DNA from: Deltaproteobacteria bacterium
Lineage (GTDB): Bacteria; Desulfobacterota; Binatia; HRBIN30; JACQVA1
Length of the DNA: 64,000 bases
Assembly: GCA_016178705.1 (NCBI GenBank)
Contig: JACOST010000032.1
Location: forward strand, 152,448 to 216,447
Reading direction: 5' to 3'
Position numbers and translations under genes: made by a program. Numbering within the stretch: position 1 is the stretch's first letter; each line of letters starts with the position of its first letter. Shown piece after piece: positions 60,395 through 64,000 of this stretch. Under the pieces are notes generated by a model, which searched no databases, was not told where the DNA came from, and worked only from the letters and a program-made list of their open reading frames with translations.

Positions 60395-60865
60395 GTGGCG
60401 TGTTGCTCAGCTTGTAATCACGATAGTCCCACGGGTTCGAAGTTCTGCCCGGAGTGCGGCACAGCCCTGGGAGAGCACTGCGCTCAGTGCGGCAGCGACC
60501 TGCCGGCGAGTGCGAAGTTTTGCAATCAATGCGGCGCTGTCGCGGGTGCGTCCGGTGTAGGGGTGACGCATGCGTCACCCTCCGCTGCACGCGATGGCCC
60601 CAGTGACGACGGACGGGCGAGGCATGCCTCGCCCCTACAAGATGAAGCAACCCCTGCGTCTTCAGGCGAGCGGCGCCAACCCACGGTCATCTTCTCCGAT
60701 CTCGTCGGCTCCACCGCGCTCAGCACGCAGTTCGATCCCGAGGAGTGGCGCGAGATTGTGTCGCGTTGCCAGCGCGCTACAACAGCCGCCGTGCAAGAAT
60801 TCGGCGAGCATCATGCCAAGAACCTCGGCGATCGGGAAGAGCTAAGGAACGGACGCGATGAGTAA
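60395..60865 (+). pseudogene. 5' remnant of a double-zinc-ribbon / class III adenylate-guanylate cyclase gene
   Basis: CSACNHDSPTGSKFCPECG..CAQCGSDLPASAKFCNQCG, then ERRQPTVIFSDLVGSTALS..DPEEWREIV..AKNLGD. The frame then diverges (REELRNGRDE-stop), so the rest of the cyclase domain and any C-terminal domains are missing. Confidence 0.6.
60557..60638. repeat. 82-nt composite palindromic element, second copy, inside the cyclase-remnant ORF
   Basis: gtaggggtgacgcatgcgtcaccc (60557-60580) + 34 nt + gggcgaggcatgcctcgcccctac (60615-60638). Confidence 0.7.
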
Positions 60866-61562
60866 GCGCCCCCAGGCGACGAGCGATGGCACCCCGCCAA
60901 GGCAAAGCGGCTGGAGCAAGATGTCTGCGGTGGCCGGCTTTCTCGCGCTGTGCCTCTCCGTGTTCACGCTCTACGAGACTTGGCTGCGTCCATTCGATCC
61001 GATCTTTGGCGTTGGCTACATGGTCTTCGACAAACAGTCACCTCGTACAGCCATTGAGATCTCTCTTACAATCACGAATCGCGGCGCCGTAGGAGGATCG
61101 ATCGACGAGTTTGTCATCACCCTGCAACGTGCCGAGGATCGATACCCCCAGTGGCTCTATGAAGGGGACATCCTGATCGACGAGGCTGCGTACTTGTGTC
61201 GTCAGAAACTCTATGACGCCGACACGACAGACGAAAAACAGCAGACGGCGACGTGTGGAGGATATGAGAAGGAGAGTTTTCGGCCGGTCTTCCTCTTGGG
61301 CAGACAGCAAACGTCGATGGCGATGCACTTCTTTCCTCGAACAACCTCACACTTCCCCGCAATTGCCGGCGGAGTTTCGAACGGAACGTATCTGTTGAAA
61401 CTTCTCGCGCGAATCGACGGCGACAAGACATACAAGGAAGTTTTCAGTCATCCCCTCACTGTCAACAGTCGGACGTTCATCGCTTCCAAGCCCTGCGAGG
61501 AGCCGCTTGTTACGTTGTCGCCCGCTACGCCCGCTCCGACTTTAGGTCGCCGCTGGTGGTAA
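60858..61562 (+). CDS. orphan membrane-anchored hypothetical protein, compositionally atypical
   Basis: 234 aa; one N-terminal TM helix (MSAVAGFLALCLSVFTLY); many A/T-ending codons compared with neighbours; AAGGA 8-10 nt upstream; overlaps the remnant ORF by 8 nt. Confidence 0.55.
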   Translation: MSKRPQATSDGTPPRQSGWSKMSAVAGFLALCLSVFTLYETWLRPFDPIFGVGYMVFDKQSPRTAIEISLTITNRGAVGGSIDEFVITLQRAEDRYPQWLYEGDILIDEAAYLCRQKLYDADTTDEKQQTATCGGYEKESFRPVFLLGRQQTSMAMHFFPRTTSHFPAIAGGVSNGTYLLKLLARIDGDKTYKEVFSHPLTVNSRTFIASKPCEEPLVTLSPATPAPTLGRRWW

Positions 61563-61644
61563 CGCCTGCGTGTCATGGCGATATCCGCTCACCACGCCGG
61601 CAACCGCACTACCAGAGCAGCTTCGCCAGCGCCTCCTCCCGGCC

Positions 61645-61660
61645 TTGCAGACGTCTGCAA
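61645..61660. promoter_or_regulatory. perfect 16-bp palindrome TTGCAGACGTCTGCAA (possible operator)
   Basis: Read directly; lies in the 271-nt non-coding gap between the orphan ORF and the convergent oxidoreductase gene. Confidence 0.2.
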
Positions 61661-61833
61661 CGTAGCCGCGCGCCCTATGGCGTTCGATCCGCTGCCGCAG
61701 CGGCTCCGCGCAAGCAGCCCCACCTCACTGCCGCTTCAACTCAATCCGCAGCACATGGTACGGGTGCCTCGCGACGTCGAGAGTCAGATCCAGGTCGCCG
61801 CCGCGGCTGAGGCGGCTCGACACACATTGGCTG

Positions 61834-64000
61834 CTACTCCACCCGCTCGATGCGGCAGCGCACATGGCGATGGTGCGGCACGCCGGTGAACGGATCGCGA
61901 TCGGCGGTGTCGGTGAGTTCGTTGGAGTTGGCGCCGTCGACGTTCATGCGGCCGTCGGCGCCCGACATCATTCCGAAACCGTTGGGCATCCAGACGTGAC
62001 CATCGAGTAGCTTGGCGTCGATTTGCGCCGGCAACGTCACCGCACCGCGACGCGTGCTGATGCGCACCGAGTCGCCGTCGCGCAGGCTCAGGCTCTTGGC
62101 GTCGCTTGGAGAGAGATTGAGGGCGCAATGCGGCCCGCGGCCTTTGCGCCAGCTCGGATCGCGTTGAATCGTGTTGGCCGTCCAGCGCGTGCGCAACCCG
62201 GCCGCGAGCACGAACGGATAGCTCGCATCCCGCGACGGCGCTGTGTCCACCGCTCGGCCGAGCTCCTTGAGCATCGGCGCGGGCGCCAGTCGCACGCGCT
62301 TGTCGTCGAAGCCGATGTGGTCGGTGAAATTGGTTTCAGTGGCGACGCGCGCGATCTCGACGCCTTCGGGGTGCGCGAGAATGCGGCGAAAGAGTTCGGA
62401 CGCAATCTCGAACGGATTCTTGCCTTGCCACTCGACGCCCAGCGCGCGCACCACGCTGTCACCGCGCAGCATGGCGTTCAAGTGCGCTACCATCCAAAAC
62501 GCCGCCAGCGACGGCGCCGAGAGCAGCGGACCCAGCGTGCGGTACGCCCAGAACAGCATCTGGTTCGACGGGTCGTGTCCGCGCGGTTGCTCGGCAGCGA
62601 GTTGCTGCAACGCGCCGAGAAACATCATCCCTCCGTTTGGTTCCAACGCCTCCGCGGCAAGCTCGTGCAACTGCGCCGGCGGCGTGCCGAACAGATTCAT
62701 CGCCTCGGCGAGGCGCACGTAGATCTCGGGTTCCGGCAACGCCTCGGTGGGCCCGGGAACGACGGGCGGCCGGACTTGCACGTCCACTTGCGGGTAGCGT
62801 TTCGGAAAACCGGCGAACTCCCACTTCTCGTAGCCGACCGGGGTGGGCAATACATAGTCCGCAAGCAGCGCGGTCTCGGTCATCGCCGGCTCGATCACCA
62901 CTAGCAAATCGAGTCGCTCGCGCGCGGCGCGCCAGGCGGCGGTGTCGGAGTAAGAGAGAAATGGATTCGAGCCCTCGACGATCAACGCGCGCAGTCGCTG
63001 CGGATGATCGACCATCACTTCTTCCGGCACTAACGTCGGCGACATCATCCCAAAGTTGCCGATCGCGCGGATCGCCGGAATGCCCGACGCCAGCGCGCGT
63101 TCGGGTTCGCTCACCCGCGCCGGATCGAGCACGGCCGGCGCAAAGGTCTCCATGAACACGTTGCCACCGGCGCGTCCGAGATTGCCGGTGACCGTCAGCA
63201 GCACGCGAATCAGGTACGAAATCAGCGTCGAGAACGGTGTCTGCTCGACGCCGAGATCGAAGAAGATCGACGCCGACTCGGCGGTGGCGAAGCCGGTGGC
63301 GGTTTCGATCAACGCATCCACCGCGATGCCGCAGCGTGACGCCATCTCGTTCACGTCGACCGACGCCAGCGCGGTCCGCAACGCGTCGAAGTCGGTCGTG
63401 TGGTCGCGGATGAATGCCTCGTCCACCAGATTCCGTTCCACGATCACAGCGGCGAGCGCGAGCAACAGATACGCATCGGTGCCCGGCTGCACGCGCAGAT
63501 GACGCGTCGCCGTGCGCGTGGTTTCGGTTTCGCGTGGATCGACGACCACCAGCGTGCGCGAGAGATCGTCGCTGAAGTGTTTGAACGTATCGGTGGCGTT
63601 GTGACCACGGTTGCTGATTTTCGGATTGGTTCCCAGCACCAGCATGAAGCGCGTGTGCTCGGCATCGGCGTGGAGCCAGGCCGCTGGCGAGGCATTGAAC
63701 ATCCACTGGTCCATCAAGTTGTGCTGCGTCTTCTCCTGCGCGAAGGCGTTGAACCACTTGCGTGAGCCGAGGCCGCGCAAGAAACCAATCGCATAGGGAC
63801 CATCCAAGTGGTTGGCCTGGCCGCCGACGCCGACCAAGGCGATAGCGCGCGGCGAATGGCGCGTGCGGATGTCGTCGAGCTTGGCGGCGATCTCGGCGAT
63901 CGCGACATCCCAAGTGATGCGCTCGAAACTGCCGTCGGCCTGTCTCTTCAAGGGATGGACGACGCGCTGCGCGTGCTCGACATAGTGCGCGATGCTGAAG
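61834..64000 (-). CDS. molybdopterin (Mo/W-bisPGD) oxidoreductase catalytic subunit, 5' end beyond the window
   Basis: The frame stays open to nt 64000 (the track M at 63951 is a TTG inside ..VVHPLKRQADG..); ALVGVGGQANHL, LGTNPKISN, VVVDPRETET, C-terminal beta-barrel domain GDSVRISTRRGAVTLPAQI. Confidence 0.85.
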   Translation of the reverse strand, partial: FSIAHYVEHAQRVVHPLKRQADGSFERITWDVAIAEIAAKLDDIRTRHSPRAIALVGVGGQANHLDGPYAIGFLRGLGSRKWFNAFAQEKTQHNLMDQWMFNASPAAWLHADAEHTRFMLVLGTNPKISNRGHNATDTFKHFSDDLSRTLVVVDPRETETTRTATRHLRVQPGTDAYLLLALAAVIVERNLVDEAFIRDHTTDFDALRTALASVDVNEMASRCGIAVDALIETATGFATAESASIFFDLGVEQTPFSTLISYLIRVLLTVTGNLGRAGGNVFMETFAPAVLDPARVSEPERALASGIPAIRAIGNFGMMSPTLVPEEVMVDHPQRLRALIVEGSNPFLSYSDTAAWRAARERLDLLVVIEPAMTETALLADYVLPTPVGYEKWEFAGFPKRYPQVDVQVRPPVVPGPTEALPEPEIYVRLAEAMNLFGTPPAQLHELAAEALEPNGGMMFLGALQQLAAEQPRGHDPSNQMLFWAYRTLGPLLSAPSLAAFWMVAHLNAMLRGDSVVRALGVEWQGKNPFEIASELFRRILAHPEGVEIARVATETNFTDHIGFDDKRVRLAPAPMLKELGRAVDTAPSRDASYPFVLAAGLRTRWTANTIQRDPSWRKGRGPHCALNLSPSDAKSLSLRDGDSVRISTRRGAVTLPAQIDAKLLDGHVWMPNGFGMMSGADGRMNVDGANSNELTDTADRDPFTGVPHHRHVRCRIERVE

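Noticed and set aside
61725-61823. 32-codon GTG-initiated minus-strand ORF just after the oxidoreductase stop (..GGDLDLTLDVARHPYHVLRIELKRQ)
   Set aside because: Too short, with no SD and no recognisable family. It could be a relic of a displaced gene, but I cannot support that from sequence alone.

Overview
Densely coding, visibly GC-rich bacterial chromosomal window. I recognised no rRNA, tRNA, CRISPR array, prophage or transposase. There are about 58 protein genes: nt 1-52996 is almost entirely minus-strand and 53029-61562 is plus-strand. Most content is housekeeping: a giant cyclic-beta-1,2-glucan-synthase-like gene running off the left edge (1..4434), murA, recJ, queA-tgt-yajC-secD-secF, lepA-lepB, a ugd/UDP-xylose-synthase/epimerase/ArnC-like GT2 block, mtnP, rlmN-ndk-sucD, xerC-hslV-hslU, argB-argD-argF-argG, and a molybdopterin oxidoreductase running off the right edge. 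The glucan-synthase gene is absent from the supplied ORF track because it has no stop in the window; I found it by hand translation. Accessory content: (1) two very large secreted beta-propeller proteins (ELWxxDGT-repeat and FG-GAP), each ending in a dockerin-like double EF-hand; (2) a hopanoid-linked pair (hpnH plus an HpnL-like membrane protein) just downstream of an unusual translationally coupled trio, made of a YfhL-type ferredoxin fused to a membrane region and an alpha-crystallin-like domain, plus two KAS III-like condensing enzymes, one with a Cys-His-His-type site; (3) a truncated zinc-ribbon adenylate-cyclase gene abutting a lower-GC orphan ORF. The most striking signal is non-genic. 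At least six unrelated families of short repeats are present: a 123-nt TIR-bounded element, a 33-nt palindrome, an 82-nt composite of perfect 20-nt palindromes, GTGARNN heptamer arrays, AATCCGNNN nonamer arrays, and a ccggctttcgccgg element. Several copies lie inside reading frames without breaking them, or supply the stop codon of one gene and the Shine-Dalgarno-like sequence of the next. Many long ORFs in the track are antisense shadow ORFs typical of high-GC DNA and were rejected. All coordinates were derived from the printed sequence cross-checked against ORF-track frames. No database search was possible, so every family assignment rests on motifs read by eye. Lineage guess (inference only): an uncultured soil or sediment Deltaproteobacteria-, Binatota- or Rokubacteria-like organism.
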